Source of the DNA: Myxococcota bacterium
Lineage (GTDB): Bacteria > Myxococcota_A > SURF-8
Length of the DNA: 64,000 bases
Direction: 5' to 3'
NCBI GenBank assembly: GCA_965140415.1
Contig: OZ223209.1
Coordinates: 4,704,001 to 4,768,000, forward strand
Numbering within the stretch: position 1 is the stretch's first letter; each line of letters opens with the position of its first letter. A model generated the notes under the pieces. That model was not told the origin of the DNA. It did no database searches and saw only the letters and a program-made list of their open reading frames with translations. This document shows, piece by piece, positions 39,443-50,200 of this stretch. A program made the position numbers and the translations under genes.

Positions 39443-41347
39443 TTATCCTTCCATTTCCATTTCTTCCGCAATTACGGGAAGATCCATGTGGAAGCGAGTG
39501 GATTTGCCCTGTTTACTCTCAACCCACAGTTCTCCCTGATGATCCCGAATGATGCCGTGGGAAATCGATAATCCCAGACCCGTACCGACATGACGCGATT
39601 TGGTCGTAAAGAAGGGATCGAAAATCCGTCCCACCAGCTCATCAGGAACGCCACCACCGAAATCCTCGACCGTGGTGCGTACCCAAGAACGCTTTTTCTT
39701 TTTGACCAGCGAATAGGAAATGCGCACCCGCTTGTTTTCATGGAAATTCGGATAGCGCTCGTTAAGCGCATCCCGGGCGTTGGTAAGCAGGTTCATCAAT
39801 ACTTGCTGAATTTGTTGGCTTCGACAATAAATCAGCGGCAAAGGTTCCGGCAGGTTGACATCGATGGAAATCTGATCCTTGATCATCACCCGCTGCACCA
39901 GAGTCAGTGTCGATTCCACGATCTGGCTGAGCGATACAGGCAGGTTTTCCTCGCTCTCTTTGCGGGCAAAGGCCAGCAGATTGCGCACGATCATCGCGAT
40001 GCGTTTGCTCTCTGAAATGATCTCGGCGGTATCCTCTTTAATCTGTTCGGTGGCATCCTTGTTGTTTTGAATCAACTCTGCGAAATTCGATATGATATTG
40101 ATCGGATTATTGATTTCATGGGCCACCCCACTGGCCAAAGTTCCAATCGACTCCAGTTTTTGTTGCTGGCGTACCTGCGCCTCCACCTGGCGCTGCTCGC
40201 TGACATCGCGGAAGACCAGCACCACACCGACTTCCTCTCCTTCTTCCGAAGCAATGGGGGCGGCATTCTCAACAATCAGGTGTTCGCGCTGCTGACTTGA
40301 AATCAGTAGGATCTGATCCAGCTCCGGCGTTTGGTTTAATGCGAGAGGATGCAAAACCCTTTGCTGGAGAGGCATAATACGCGAGCGCGTTTGCTCACTG
40401 TAGACTTGATACACTTGCTGAATCGATTTTCCTACTGCCGATTCGCCCGGCCAGCCGGTCAATTTCTGTGCCACAGGATTGATGAAATTGATGTTACCGG
40501 CTCTGTCCGTAGTAATGACCGCATCAGTCACGCTATTCAGGGTGGTCTTAAACCATTCATGACTTTGGCGTAGCTGGTTCTCCATTTCCCGCCGCTCGGA
40601 AATGTCCATAATGAACCCCTCCAGCGCCAGCAATTCACCCTGCTTGGAGAAGACGCCGCTGCCCTGCTCCCACACCCATTTTACCTTTCCATCCAAGGTT
40701 ACGATGCGATACTCCATTTTAAACGGAGTTCGGCTGTCGATCCCCCGCTGGACCTGATCCCATACAAAATCGCGATCTTCGGGATGTACGATGGTGTTGC
40801 CATAGGAAACTCGCCGATTGCCGACCAGATCCTCGCAAGCATATCCGGTTAAAGGCGTACAACCCTCGCTGACGTGCGTCATTGTCCAATCGCGGTCATT
40901 CAAACAGCGATAAGCCATTCCTGGCAGATTGGAAAACAAAACCGAGATCTGTCTTTGATACTCGTCAAGATCGCTTTCAATGGCTCGAAAACGGGAAAGA
41001 TCCTTGGCAATCGACAGCAACCCGTACGTTCCATTCTCATCCAAATCGATACGGCTGAGTGTCCAATCCACCGGACATTGCGATTTTCCAAAAACCTGTA
41101 TCACGTCGGCTCGATACATCCCCTTGGTTGTAGCAACTTTCAGAGCTTCTTCAATTGATTGCTTGCCAGCCCCGATTGATAGCCAGGTGCGAAGAGGACG
41201 TTCGATCAACTCATTGGCAGGTAAACGATAGAAACGTAAGGCAGCAGAGTTGGCGTGCTGAACCTTCAGGTTCGCATCCAAAAGCAAAGCGGGATCGTCC
41301 AGTGCGTCAATTACCTTAAGCTGAGGGAAACGATTCTTGGATGCCAT
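39443..41347 (-). CDS. Cytoplasmic multi-PAS sensor histidine kinase
   Basis: Three PAS-like domains; GVAHEINNP, QVLMNLLTNA, FDPFFTTK, GTGLGL; no TM segment. Confidence 0.93.
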   Translation of the reverse strand: MASKNRFPQLKVIDALDDPALLLDANLKVQHANSAALRFYRLPANELIERPLRTWLSIGAGKQSIEEALKVATTKGMYRADVIQVFGKSQCPVDWTLSRIDLDENGTYGLLSIAKDLSRFRAIESDLDEYQRQISVLFSNLPGMAYRCLNDRDWTMTHVSEGCTPLTGYACEDLVGNRRVSYGNTIVHPEDRDFVWDQVQRGIDSRTPFKMEYRIVTLDGKVKWVWEQGSGVFSKQGELLALEGFIMDISERREMENQLRQSHEWFKTTLNSVTDAVITTDRAGNINFINPVAQKLTGWPGESAVGKSIQQVYQVYSEQTRSRIMPLQQRVLHPLALNQTPELDQILLISSQQREHLIVENAAPIASEEGEEVGVVLVFRDVSEQRQVEAQVRQQQKLESIGTLASGVAHEINNPINIISNFAELIQNNKDATEQIKEDTAEIISESKRIAMIVRNLLAFARKESEENLPVSLSQIVESTLTLVQRVMIKDQISIDVNLPEPLPLIYCRSQQIQQVLMNLLTNARDALNERYPNFHENKRVRISYSLVKKKKRSWVRTTVEDFGGGVPDELVGRIFDPFFTTKSRHVGTGLGLSISHGIIRDHQGELWVESKQGKSTRFHMDLPVIAEEMEMEG

Positions 41348-41836
41348 ACGCCTTGCTCCCTATCTTAAAAGGACAACGCAGCCCCTTTGTTCGAGAGAAC
41401 GATCCCCGCTAATTATTCGACTTTTCCGAGTGTAGCAGACCTTGAAAAAAAGTTCAAAAAAACCTTCACTACATTCTTTTCAAGTTGGGTTCCTCATGGC
41501 TACCTCTAAAAATCCATATTCTGCTACGAACGCCACTTTCCGGCCCGGATCGTTTCTCTCAATCCTCGACGTATCTACAGGATATGCCTGCGGATTGCGA
41601 AAAACGCCCGGTCTCGCAAAGGATGCGTTCTCGCGACGGATAGCTAATTTTAGAGGCAGCCTTATTTGATATTAAAGACAATATTTTCCGCAACCCAGGG
41701 CATTCCTATTTTATTTCCCTATGAATCCTGTATGAATTTGCAAAAGAAAAACAAGATCGACACTCGAATTTCCCATGTAATCTCATATCTCTAAGAAAAC
41801 TCAACAAAACGTCACGCAAAATTAACCGTTTTACAG

Positions 41837-41906
41837 TTGACATTATCCTGCGAATGCCTATCATGAGGCTGCATTCAGAAACTGAATTTATATTCAGATC
41901 CTGAAT
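41837..41906 (+). promoter_or_regulatory. Promoter with two tandem palindromic operators for the TetR-RND operon
   Basis: TTGACA-N16-TATCAT, then ATTCAG-N3-CTGAAT at 41873-41887 and 41892-41906. Confidence 0.7.
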
Positions 41907-41955
41907 TCGCCTTCATTGAACGCTAAATTTGATGGTTGAAAGAAAGAGCACATTC

Positions 41956-42606
41956 ATGGTGGAAGAAAGCTTAACGAGAAAAGAACAGGAAGAAGAAAAC
42001 CGCAAGCAGTACATCCTGGATACTGCGGAAAAGCTGTTCGCCCGCAAAGGCTATTATGCTACGACCGTCAGTGACATTGCAAAAGAGGCCGAATTCGGCA
42101 TCGGAACGCTTTATAAATACTACAAAGATAAAGAATCCCTCTTTGAAACCCTGCTTAACCAGCGGTTCGATGAATACTTCAACCTGATTGAAGCCGTCTT
42201 GAAGAAAGACGACAACCCAATTCGCATCATCGAGCGAGTTACGGATGTCTATGTAGAGCACATCACGCGCCGTTTCGATTTCTTCATGATCTTCAACTTG
42301 CAGGTACATGGTCATCTTCATAATGGACGTTATGGCAATATCGATCTAAGCCATAGCAAGACGCGCATGTTCGAACTATTCGCCAAGCTCGAATCAGTCT
42401 TTACGCGAGCCGTGGAGCGGGGTTATCTGCGCGACTTCGATACCGACCACTTGACCAGCGGCTATTACGGCATCCTGATGTCCTTCTTTTTCCATTCCAT
42501 GCGCCGCCATGACTTGAACGAGCCGGTGGACCTTGAAAAGAGCAAACGAACCATCAAAGCTATGTTTTTTGAGCAAATGCTGATCAACCAAGAGAACCAA
42601 GATTGA
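41956..42606 (+). CDS. TetR/AcrR family regulator
   Basis: ILDTAEKLFARKGYYATTVSDIAKEAEFGIGTLYKYYKDKESLF. Confidence 0.95.
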   Translation: MVEESLTRKEQEEENRKQYILDTAEKLFARKGYYATTVSDIAKEAEFGIGTLYKYYKDKESLFETLLNQRFDEYFNLIEAVLKKDDNPIRIIERVTDVYVEHITRRFDFFMIFNLQVHGHLHNGRYGNIDLSHSKTRMFELFAKLESVFTRAVERGYLRDFDTDHLTSGYYGILMSFFFHSMRRHDLNEPVDLEKSKRTIKAMFFEQMLINQENQD

Positions 42607-42617
42607 GGAGTACACCG

Positions 42618-43694
42618 ATGACACAACGTAGATTCATTATTATTATCATTGGCTTACTTGCCGGCCTGTGGTTATTCGGCTGCGAGAAGCCGCAGGAGAA
42701 AACCGCCTCCGCCGCCACAATAGAGGCCGGTGCCGCTGCCACTCAGCAGCAGGAAAAACAGGTCAATGTCGAAGTACACAAAGTCACCCCGGAAACGCTG
42801 GTGGAAACTCTTCTCGTCAGCGGGGAGACCATGGCCGACCGTGATGTGACACTGGCTGCCGAAGTCGGTGGTCGTGTGGAACGACTGACGGTGGACCTTG
42901 GAGATCGCGTGAAGAAAGGTCAACTTTTGGCACGCATCGCCTTTGCCATGCTCAACGCCCAGGCCAAGCAGGCTGAAGCGGCACAGGAACTGGCGCAGAA
43001 AACCTACGAACGCTTGCAGACGCTGCGCAACGAGGAGCTCATCAGCCAGCAACAAATCGATGAAGCCGCCTCCAACAAAACGCAGGCCGAAGCCGCCTAT
43101 CGCATCGCCCAGACCCGGCTTAGTCAGAGTTCAGTGCGTGCCAGTATCGATGGCATTGTTGCGCGTAAGTTCGTCGAGGAAGGCGAATACGTCGGTCCCG
43201 GCTCACCGGTATTCCAAATCGTCGACTACCGAACGATTATCGTAAAAGCACAGTTGCCTGAAAAGCAGATCGCCCAGGTTTCCCGCGATTCGAAAGTTCG
43301 CATCCGCATCGACGCGCTCAAGAAAGAATACGACGCTAAAATGTACGTAGTATTGCCCGCCGCCGATCCGGTCAGCCGAACATTCCAGGCTCGCGTCAAA
43401 GTCGCCAACCCGGATTATGAAATCCGTGTGGGTATGGCCGCCACCATGATGATCGACATCGGCGAACACAAAGATGTGATCGTCGCCCCACAGGAAGTCG
43501 TCATCGAGGAAGAAAGCTCGCGTAGTGTGTTCGTAGCAGAAAACGGCAAAGCCCACAAGCGCCCAGTACACCTGGGAGCCGTCAAAGGCAACCGCGTGGT
43601 GATTTCCGACGGCATCAAAAGCGGCGAACAATTGATCGTGGTCGGCCAGCGAGACCTGGTCGACGGTCAACCGATCCGCGTGATCGAAAACTGA
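42618..43694 (+). CDS. RND efflux periplasmic adaptor (MFP)
   Basis: Lipobox LFGC, AEVGGRV..GDRVKKGQLL, RASIDGIV, ADPVSRTF. Confidence 0.93.
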   Translation: MTQRRFIIIIIGLLAGLWLFGCEKPQEKTASAATIEAGAAATQQQEKQVNVEVHKVTPETLVETLLVSGETMADRDVTLAAEVGGRVERLTVDLGDRVKKGQLLARIAFAMLNAQAKQAEAAQELAQKTYERLQTLRNEELISQQQIDEAASNKTQAEAAYRIAQTRLSQSSVRASIDGIVARKFVEEGEYVGPGSPVFQIVDYRTIIVKAQLPEKQIAQVSRDSKVRIRIDALKKEYDAKMYVVLPAADPVSRTFQARVKVANPDYEIRVGMAATMMIDIGEHKDVIVAPQEVVIEEESSRSVFVAENGKAHKRPVHLGAVKGNRVVISDGIKSGEQLIVVGQRDLVDGQPIRVIEN

Positions 43695-43758
43695 TCCGGC
43701 AGGCACAGCCGCCAATCGTTGTACAGCTTCACTCTCATCGTATGAGCAGGGGACGTTT

Positions 43759-46700
43759 ATGAAACTGACCGAATACGCCTTGAAATTCAAAACCACGGTA
43801 TACGTGTTGATATTATTGATTATTGTTGTTGGTATCAACAGTTACCGGGCGCTACCGGTGGAAAATGCACCGGACATTCAAATTCCAATCATTCTGGTGC
43901 AGACTCTTTATCCCGGCGTCGCACCGCAGGATATGGAGAAACTCGTCACCAACATTCTTGAACGTGAACTCAAAGACCTGAGCGACGTCAAGGAAATGAC
44001 CTCTACCAGTTCCGAATCGGTTTCCATCGTACAGATTGAATTCGAAACCGAGGTCGATCTGGACGAAGCCCGCCAGCGCGTCCGCGACAAGGTCGATATG
44101 GCCAAGCCTGATCTTCCCGCCGATGCCGAAGATCCGGTCCTGATCGAAATCAATATCAGCGATTTTCCCATCATGCTGGTCAACGTTTCGGCGGATTACG
44201 ATCCGATCCGGCTAAAGCAGGTTGCCGAGGATGTAGAAGACCGTATCGAGGAAATTCCCGGTGTACTGGGGGTGGATCTGGTCGGCGGCATCGAACGCGA
44301 AATTCAGATCTACTTGAACCCGGAACGCATGCGCTACTACTCTATCGGTGTCGGCCAGGTCATCGGTCGCATTCAAGAAGAGCACCGGACCACCCCGGCG
44401 GGCAACCTGGATCTGGGTGGCTCGAAATATTCAGTGCGTATCCCCGGAGAATACCGCGATGTCAGCCGGATGGAAGATATCGTCATCAAAGCCCCTCAAG
44501 GTCAGCCGATCAAACTGCGTGATATCGGGCGTGTAATCGACGGCATCAAGGAGCGCGAAACGATCAGCCGCTCCAACGGCACCGAATGCATCACGCTGCG
44601 CATCAAAAAACGCTCCGGCGAAAACGTTGTGCGTATCGCCGATGCAGTCAATGCCCTGGTCAAAGAGCTTGGCCCGACTCTTCCAGAGGGCACCCAGCTC
44701 TCTATTCGTCAGGACCAGAGCAAATACATTCGGGATATGGTAAGCGATCTGGAAAACAGTATCATTTCCGGCCTATTGCTGGTGCTGATCGTTCTCTTTT
44801 TCGCCATGGGTCTACGCAACGCTTCTTTTGTGGCGCTGGCAATCCCACTGTCCATGCTGATCACCTTCGCCGTGCTACGCATCATGGATGTGACATTAAA
44901 CACCGTGGTGCTTTTCGCTCTGATACTGGCACTGGGCATGTTGGTGGATAACTCCATCGTGGTCATCGAGAATATCTTCCGCCATGCCTCCGACGGCACC
45001 CCGCGCCAACAGGCGGCTTTATCCGCCACAATGGAGGTTGCCTGGCCGATTATTGCATCCACATCCACAACCGTTGTCGTTTTCGCTCCCATGCTTTTCT
45101 GGCCCGGAGTCATGGGTGAATTCATGAGTTATCTCCCCTTGACAGTCATTATCGCCTTATTGGCCTCGCTCTTTATCGCCATGGTTGTCAACCCGGTTGT
45201 GGCTGCCAATTTCCTTAATCCCAAAGGAGCCAAGCTCTTCGACGACAGCGGAGAGGCGCGCGGAGGCATTCTGTCACGCTACCAGACGGTACTGAGTTGG
45301 AGCCTGGACCACCCGAAAACACTAGTCGCCATCAGTAACCTGCTGCTGGTCGCCTCGATCGTGCTTTACGGCATATTCGGCGCGGGCATCGAGTTCTTCC
45401 CCGAATCCACACCCGAACGCGCACAGGTGAAGATCACCGCACCACAGGGAACGGCCATCGAACGCACCGATAGCTATCTGAAAAAAGCCGAAGCACTGGC
45501 TCAGGGTATGGATAACTCGAAAGACGTAGTCGCCAGCGCCGGTACGGCAGGTGGTGATTTCTACATCGGTGGCAGCGGAGGCGGTTCCAGCCATTTGGCC
45601 GTGGTGGATCTTGAATTCAAGGATCGCCACGAACGCACTCACTCCACCTGGGACACCATCAAGGATCTCCGTGCTGCAATGACCGATTTCACCGGTGCGG
45701 AATACCGTGTCGAAATCCAGAAAAACGGCCCCCCGACAGGCGAGCCGGTAGGCGTGGAAATTTCCGGCAAGAACTACCAAAAGTTGTCCGAATATGCCCG
45801 CGAGGTGAAGGAAATCGTGCGCCAGATTCCCGGCGTGGTGGATCTCAAAGACGACTACGAAGGCGGCAAGCCGGAAGTGCGCATCGAAGTGGACCGCGAA
45901 CAGGCAATGTTGCGCAAAGTGAATACGACTACCATCAGCAATGCGGTTCGGGCGGCGATCAACGGTATCGAAGCCAGCGTGCTTCGCGAAGGCGATGAAG
46001 AGTACGACATCGTCGTGCGCTACGATGAAGCCTTCCGACAATCCATCAACGACATTCTAAACATCGAAGTCACAGGAAAAGACGATGTTCAGATCCCCCT
46101 GCGCGACGTCGCCAAGGTAACCACTTCCGGCGGTCTGGGATCAATCAAGCACATCGACCAAAAACGCACGGTATTGGTCAGTGGCGATGTCAGCGGGCGC
46201 AGTTCCTCGGAAGTCATGATCGATGTGGAACGCGCCGTAAAAGAACAGCTTTCCCTGCCTGACGGTTATACGGTCGGATTCTCCGGCGAAACGGAGGAGC
46301 AGGATAAAGCGGCGGCCTTCCTTTCCGAAGCATTTTTAATCGGTCTGTTCCTGATCCTGATGATTCTGATCACCCAGTTCAATTCCGTGATGCGCCCAGC
46401 CATCATTTTGGGATCGGTGGTCATGTCGTTAATCGGTGTCTTCTTCGGATTGATCATCACTCAGAACAAGTTCGGCATCATCATGACCGGTATGGGTGTG
46501 ATTTCACTGGCCGGGGTCGTGGTGAATAACGCCATCGTGCTGATCGACTATGTGGACCAGCTCCGTAACAAATGGGGACTGCCGCTGCGCGATGCTCTTA
46601 TGCGGGCAGGCATGGTGCGCTTCCGGCCTGTGTTACTGACCGCCATCACCACCATTTTGGGTATGACCCCCATGGCATTGGGTGTCAGCATCGATTTCAC

Positions 46701-46920
46701 CACTTTCTCACTCGACACCGGTTCCTCCACCGTGGAATGGTGGGGACCGATGGCGCGAGCGATCATCTTCGGTCTGGCCTTTGCGACCATGCTGACCCTG
46801 GTAATGGTTCCGGTGATGTACCTGGTTCAGGTGCAGATGTTCCAATGGGCCAAACGAAAGTATCAAGCGCTGGCCTCGCGATTCGGACTGGCGCAATCGA
46901 ATGAACAGGAAATGGAGTAA
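43759..46920 (+). CDS. RND efflux transporter, AcrB/MdtC family
   Basis: 1053 aa, YPG..P.DME, GMLVDNSIVVIENI, RFRPVLLT. Confidence 0.95.
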   Translation: MKLTEYALKFKTTVYVLILLIIVVGINSYRALPVENAPDIQIPIILVQTLYPGVAPQDMEKLVTNILERELKDLSDVKEMTSTSSESVSIVQIEFETEVDLDEARQRVRDKVDMAKPDLPADAEDPVLIEINISDFPIMLVNVSADYDPIRLKQVAEDVEDRIEEIPGVLGVDLVGGIEREIQIYLNPERMRYYSIGVGQVIGRIQEEHRTTPAGNLDLGGSKYSVRIPGEYRDVSRMEDIVIKAPQGQPIKLRDIGRVIDGIKERETISRSNGTECITLRIKKRSGENVVRIADAVNALVKELGPTLPEGTQLSIRQDQSKYIRDMVSDLENSIISGLLLVLIVLFFAMGLRNASFVALAIPLSMLITFAVLRIMDVTLNTVVLFALILALGMLVDNSIVVIENIFRHASDGTPRQQAALSATMEVAWPIIASTSTTVVVFAPMLFWPGVMGEFMSYLPLTVIIALLASLFIAMVVNPVVAANFLNPKGAKLFDDSGEARGGILSRYQTVLSWSLDHPKTLVAISNLLLVASIVLYGIFGAGIEFFPESTPERAQVKITAPQGTAIERTDSYLKKAEALAQGMDNSKDVVASAGTAGGDFYIGGSGGGSSHLAVVDLEFKDRHERTHSTWDTIKDLRAAMTDFTGAEYRVEIQKNGPPTGEPVGVEISGKNYQKLSEYAREVKEIVRQIPGVVDLKDDYEGGKPEVRIEVDREQAMLRKVNTTTISNAVRAAINGIEASVLREGDEEYDIVVRYDEAFRQSINDILNIEVTGKDDVQIPLRDVAKVTTSGGLGSIKHIDQKRTVLVSGDVSGRSSSEVMIDVERAVKEQLSLPDGYTVGFSGETEEQDKAAAFLSEAFLIGLFLILMILITQFNSVMRPAIILGSVVMSLIGVFFGLIITQNKFGIIMTGMGVISLAGVVVNNAIVLIDYVDQLRNKWGLPLRDALMRAGMVRFRPVLLTAITTILGMTPMALGVSIDFTTFSLDTGSSTVEWWGPMARAIIFGLAFATMLTLVMVPVMYLVQVQMFQWAKRKYQALASRFGLAQSNEQEME

Positions 46921-46923
46921 CCC

Positions 46924-48288
46924 ATGACGTTTTACTATAAATCCATCCGCGCAGTCGTTCTTCTTGCCGTCATGTTGCTTTGCGTTGGCCTGCTGACGCA
47001 GCAAGCCTGGGCAAAAGATCCGCGCATTACCGTGCAGGATGCCCGCGCCCGCGCGCTGGAATACTACCCGGCTATTCAGAACATCGAGGAAACCATCAAA
47101 CAGGCGGATTTACTGGTTGCCAGCGCCTGGACGATGCTACTCCCCAATTTAAGTGCGCACGGAAACTACACCATCAACAGCAGTGCTGGGGAAATCGCGT
47201 TTCCCGATTTCCAAGATCCGGCAGCCATTCAGGTACTGACCACCGGCCAGGGCGATCTGCCGATGATCACCACAACCGTTCAGGAAGAGACCAGCTACCT
47301 GTTCGGCTTCAGTGCCAATATGCCGATTTTCAACGCCCGCTCGATTCCCCTGATCGGCAAGGCCAACAAATATCAGGACTACACCGCCTACGATGGCCGC
47401 CATCAAAAAAATGCCCTGCTCTTTTCTGTCAGCGCTTCCTATTACAACGCCTACTCCGCTCAACGCATGTTGCAGGTTGCACAGGAAAACAGAGATAACG
47501 CCGAACGCTTCCGGGCGCTCTCACAGGCCCGGTTGGATGTCGGCAGTGCAACGCGCATCGATCTGCTTCGGGCAGACATCCAATTGAAGGAAGCTGAAAA
47601 GCAGTTGGCAAATGCCAAGGACTCGCTAAAACTTGCCAAAACAGGCTTGTCCTATCTGATCGGAGTTACAGGCGATTTCGAACTGGTGGAACCGGAAGCC
47701 ATAGCCGGAATCAGTGGAGCCACTTCCGACCTGATCGCGCAGGCGTTGACGGATCGACTCGATCTAAAAGCTTCGAAGCTGTATATGGAAATGGCGAAGG
47801 ACGATCAGGCCGAAACATGGATGAAGTGGGTGCCGATGTTCGACGTTACTTTCAACTGGAACTACAATTCCGCCACCGGCTTCACCAACGAGCACGATAG
47901 CTGGTCGGTGATTTTCGGTGCGAAATGGAATCTATTGGAAGGCGGCAGCAAGATCATCGAAGTGTTCGACCGCAAATCCAAAACCCGCGTAGCGCAAAAC
48001 AACGCCCAGCAGCTAACGTTGTCGATCAAAGAGGAAGTGGAAAAGAATCACCTTCAGTGGCAGCAGCACCGCCGCAATCTGGCGATTGCCGACGAACAGG
48101 TGGAACTGGCAGCCGAAAGCTACCGGCTGGTCAATCGGCAATATGAAACCGGACTGGCTACCAGCCTGGACGTGCTCGACGCCTCCACGCAACTCACCAG
48201 TGCAAAGTTGAACCGCGTAGTCGAACGCCTGCAAACGGATCTCTCCATGCTGGCGCTGAACCAATCGGTAGGCGCGTATTTGCAGTAA
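46924..48288 (+). CDS. TolC family outer membrane channel
   Basis: Signal peptide, LLPNL, G.ATRIDLL, YETGLATSLDVLDA. Confidence 0.9.
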   Translation: MTFYYKSIRAVVLLAVMLLCVGLLTQQAWAKDPRITVQDARARALEYYPAIQNIEETIKQADLLVASAWTMLLPNLSAHGNYTINSSAGEIAFPDFQDPAAIQVLTTGQGDLPMITTTVQEETSYLFGFSANMPIFNARSIPLIGKANKYQDYTAYDGRHQKNALLFSVSASYYNAYSAQRMLQVAQENRDNAERFRALSQARLDVGSATRIDLLRADIQLKEAEKQLANAKDSLKLAKTGLSYLIGVTGDFELVEPEAIAGISGATSDLIAQALTDRLDLKASKLYMEMAKDDQAETWMKWVPMFDVTFNWNYNSATGFTNEHDSWSVIFGAKWNLLEGGSKIIEVFDRKSKTRVAQNNAQQLTLSIKEEVEKNHLQWQQHRRNLAIADEQVELAAESYRLVNRQYETGLATSLDVLDASTQLTSAKLNRVVERLQTDLSMLALNQSVGAYLQ

Positions 48289-48342
48289 AGGGAGATCGGG
48301 TTATGGGGTTGTTGGCAAAGAAATAGTAGCCGGCAATTTTTT

Positions 48343-50040
48343 TTACTCTTCCAGCCAGGCCGCATCCCACTTGCTAAGATCGCGCACTAGATCGCAGTCT
48401 AAAAACTCCTGCCCGTCCGGGTTTTTAAAGGGCGTCCAGCAGGAATCCAGACAAGCCCCCATATCCTCGACGCGAATCCAGTAGGTGCTTTGCTCGTCGA
48501 TGGTTTCTACATTTGGAGGCTGGTAGGAGTATTCCCCATCGGGCACGGAAGCATCCCATAGATCCCAGTAAGGCCAATCTTTATAGCGTTCGATTGCGCG
48601 CAGGTAGTATTTGTACACCAACCGGACTTCCCGCTCGTTCAATGGATAGCCAACGGAAGTTGCCTGCATCAGGCTGGTCGCCAGATCGCGGTCCCATTCA
48701 TCCTGCGTTTTGTCTACACGCGTCTCGGCGTCGGAGTCGATATCCCGCTCGTAGCGATCCACCAGCGCCAACAACGCATTTCGCGCTCCGACCTCGTCTC
48801 GATGCAATAACGCCTGAATGATGTGCGACAGGTGATAGTGCCGGATGATCATCATATTGAAATAATGGATATTTACTGCCGCTATTTCGTAGGTGTTGTT
48901 GCTCACGGGTGGGCATTCCAGGCCCTGACCGTCACCATAGGCGATCAGTGCGGCGGCGCGTTTGGAGTTGCACTCGGCATCGGGAATCACTTCATCCCAG
49001 GTCACATAGCTACCCAGATCGCCACGTTCATCGGAACGCTCGCCGTAGTCATCTTCTCCACCTGGAGTGAACGGTCTCCCGTTTTCATCCTTGGTGCGAA
49101 TCGTATAACCATGATCTACAATATCCTGGCAGAAGCGCTGCAAGTATTCGCTGGTTTCACCGCAGGCAGTGCGAACATCTTCATCGGGAGCCAGTTCGGC
49201 CACGTAACGGATAAAGGCATTGGCGCGATGCAACCGCGACACATCATCTTTGCTGCGCATGTTCGTCACCCACACCGAACCCCAATTTGGGTTGTTCTTG
49301 TATTCGAAGCGTTCACAGTTCCAGCCGAAACCGTCGTGAAACCAGTTGCTGTAATCGATGGCTTTCTTTCTGCCGTCGTGGGTAGTGTAACTGTGGTTGA
49401 AGGTAACGATGTTTCGCGCCATCAGGTGATGGATTTCGTCGTTTTCATCGTAAACCATACCTTCCATGGTGGCGGTAATGCCTTTACAGTATTGTCGGGT
49501 GATCGTCCTCATGCGCTCGTCGCCGCTCATTAAATATCCGGCGATGGCCGAAGACAGCACCTTGGAGGAACGTGTCATCAGGTTGTGGCCACCATCCGCA
49601 CCATCGGGACCATTGGTTTCGTTATTCACGAAGGTCACGAGATCTCCAGACTTTTCGGCATGCGAGCTGGTCCACCACAGCATATAATCGGGCTTGCCGG
49701 TGGTTACATCCACGCCGTGGCTGGTTCTGAGCACCCAATCGAAATAGGAGGTTTTCGCTAATAATCCCAGCAGCTTTTTGGTAAAGGCCGTACGTTCCTC
49801 AGCCGGAATCGGATCACCAGGATTTTCACGGGTAAAAGAGAAATACAGGCTTTGCGGTAAGCCTTGATCCGCTTCCGAATCCGCTTCACCTTGTTCAGTA
49901 TCCAGTTCGCTTAGCTCAGTATCCAATTCCCCGGAGTCCGCATCCCCATCGGGAATGATCGTATCCTCACCGCTGTCACAAGCCGCCAGCAAACCGAATA
50001 TTACAGACAACAATACGAGTTTTCGCAGCAATATCAACAT
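48343..50040 (-). CDS. Hypothetical lipoprotein with DGD/acidic N-terminal tether
   Basis: Lipobox LAAC, PDGDAD, long unassigned globular region. Confidence 0.75.
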   Translation of the reverse strand: MLILLRKLVLLSVIFGLLAACDSGEDTIIPDGDADSGELDTELSELDTEQGEADSEADQGLPQSLYFSFTRENPGDPIPAEERTAFTKKLLGLLAKTSYFDWVLRTSHGVDVTTGKPDYMLWWTSSHAEKSGDLVTFVNNETNGPDGADGGHNLMTRSSKVLSSAIAGYLMSGDERMRTITRQYCKGITATMEGMVYDENDEIHHLMARNIVTFNHSYTTHDGRKKAIDYSNWFHDGFGWNCERFEYKNNPNWGSVWVTNMRSKDDVSRLHRANAFIRYVAELAPDEDVRTACGETSEYLQRFCQDIVDHGYTIRTKDENGRPFTPGGEDDYGERSDERGDLGSYVTWDEVIPDAECNSKRAAALIAYGDGQGLECPPVSNNTYEIAAVNIHYFNMMIIRHYHLSHIIQALLHRDEVGARNALLALVDRYERDIDSDAETRVDKTQDEWDRDLATSLMQATSVGYPLNEREVRLVYKYYLRAIERYKDWPYWDLWDASVPDGEYSYQPPNVETIDEQSTYWIRVEDMGACLDSCWTPFKNPDGQEFLDCDLVRDLSKWDAAWLEE

Positions 50041-50200
50041 GATCTCCCTTTCTCACAAGACGATTTGTGACCCTTATACCAAAAGCTGTGTCCCTTGTCC
50101 AACACCTCGGTATTTTCCGATATTGGAACCATTTCGGATTAAAACAAACTTTTCGTTTTTTAGGATTAGAAATTGCGTGGCAAATGATTTCCGATACCTG

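Noticed and set aside
43759-46920. VDN/NN variant of the RND proton-relay motif as a novelty
   Set aside because: Such variants are common in RND subfamilies outside AcrB proper
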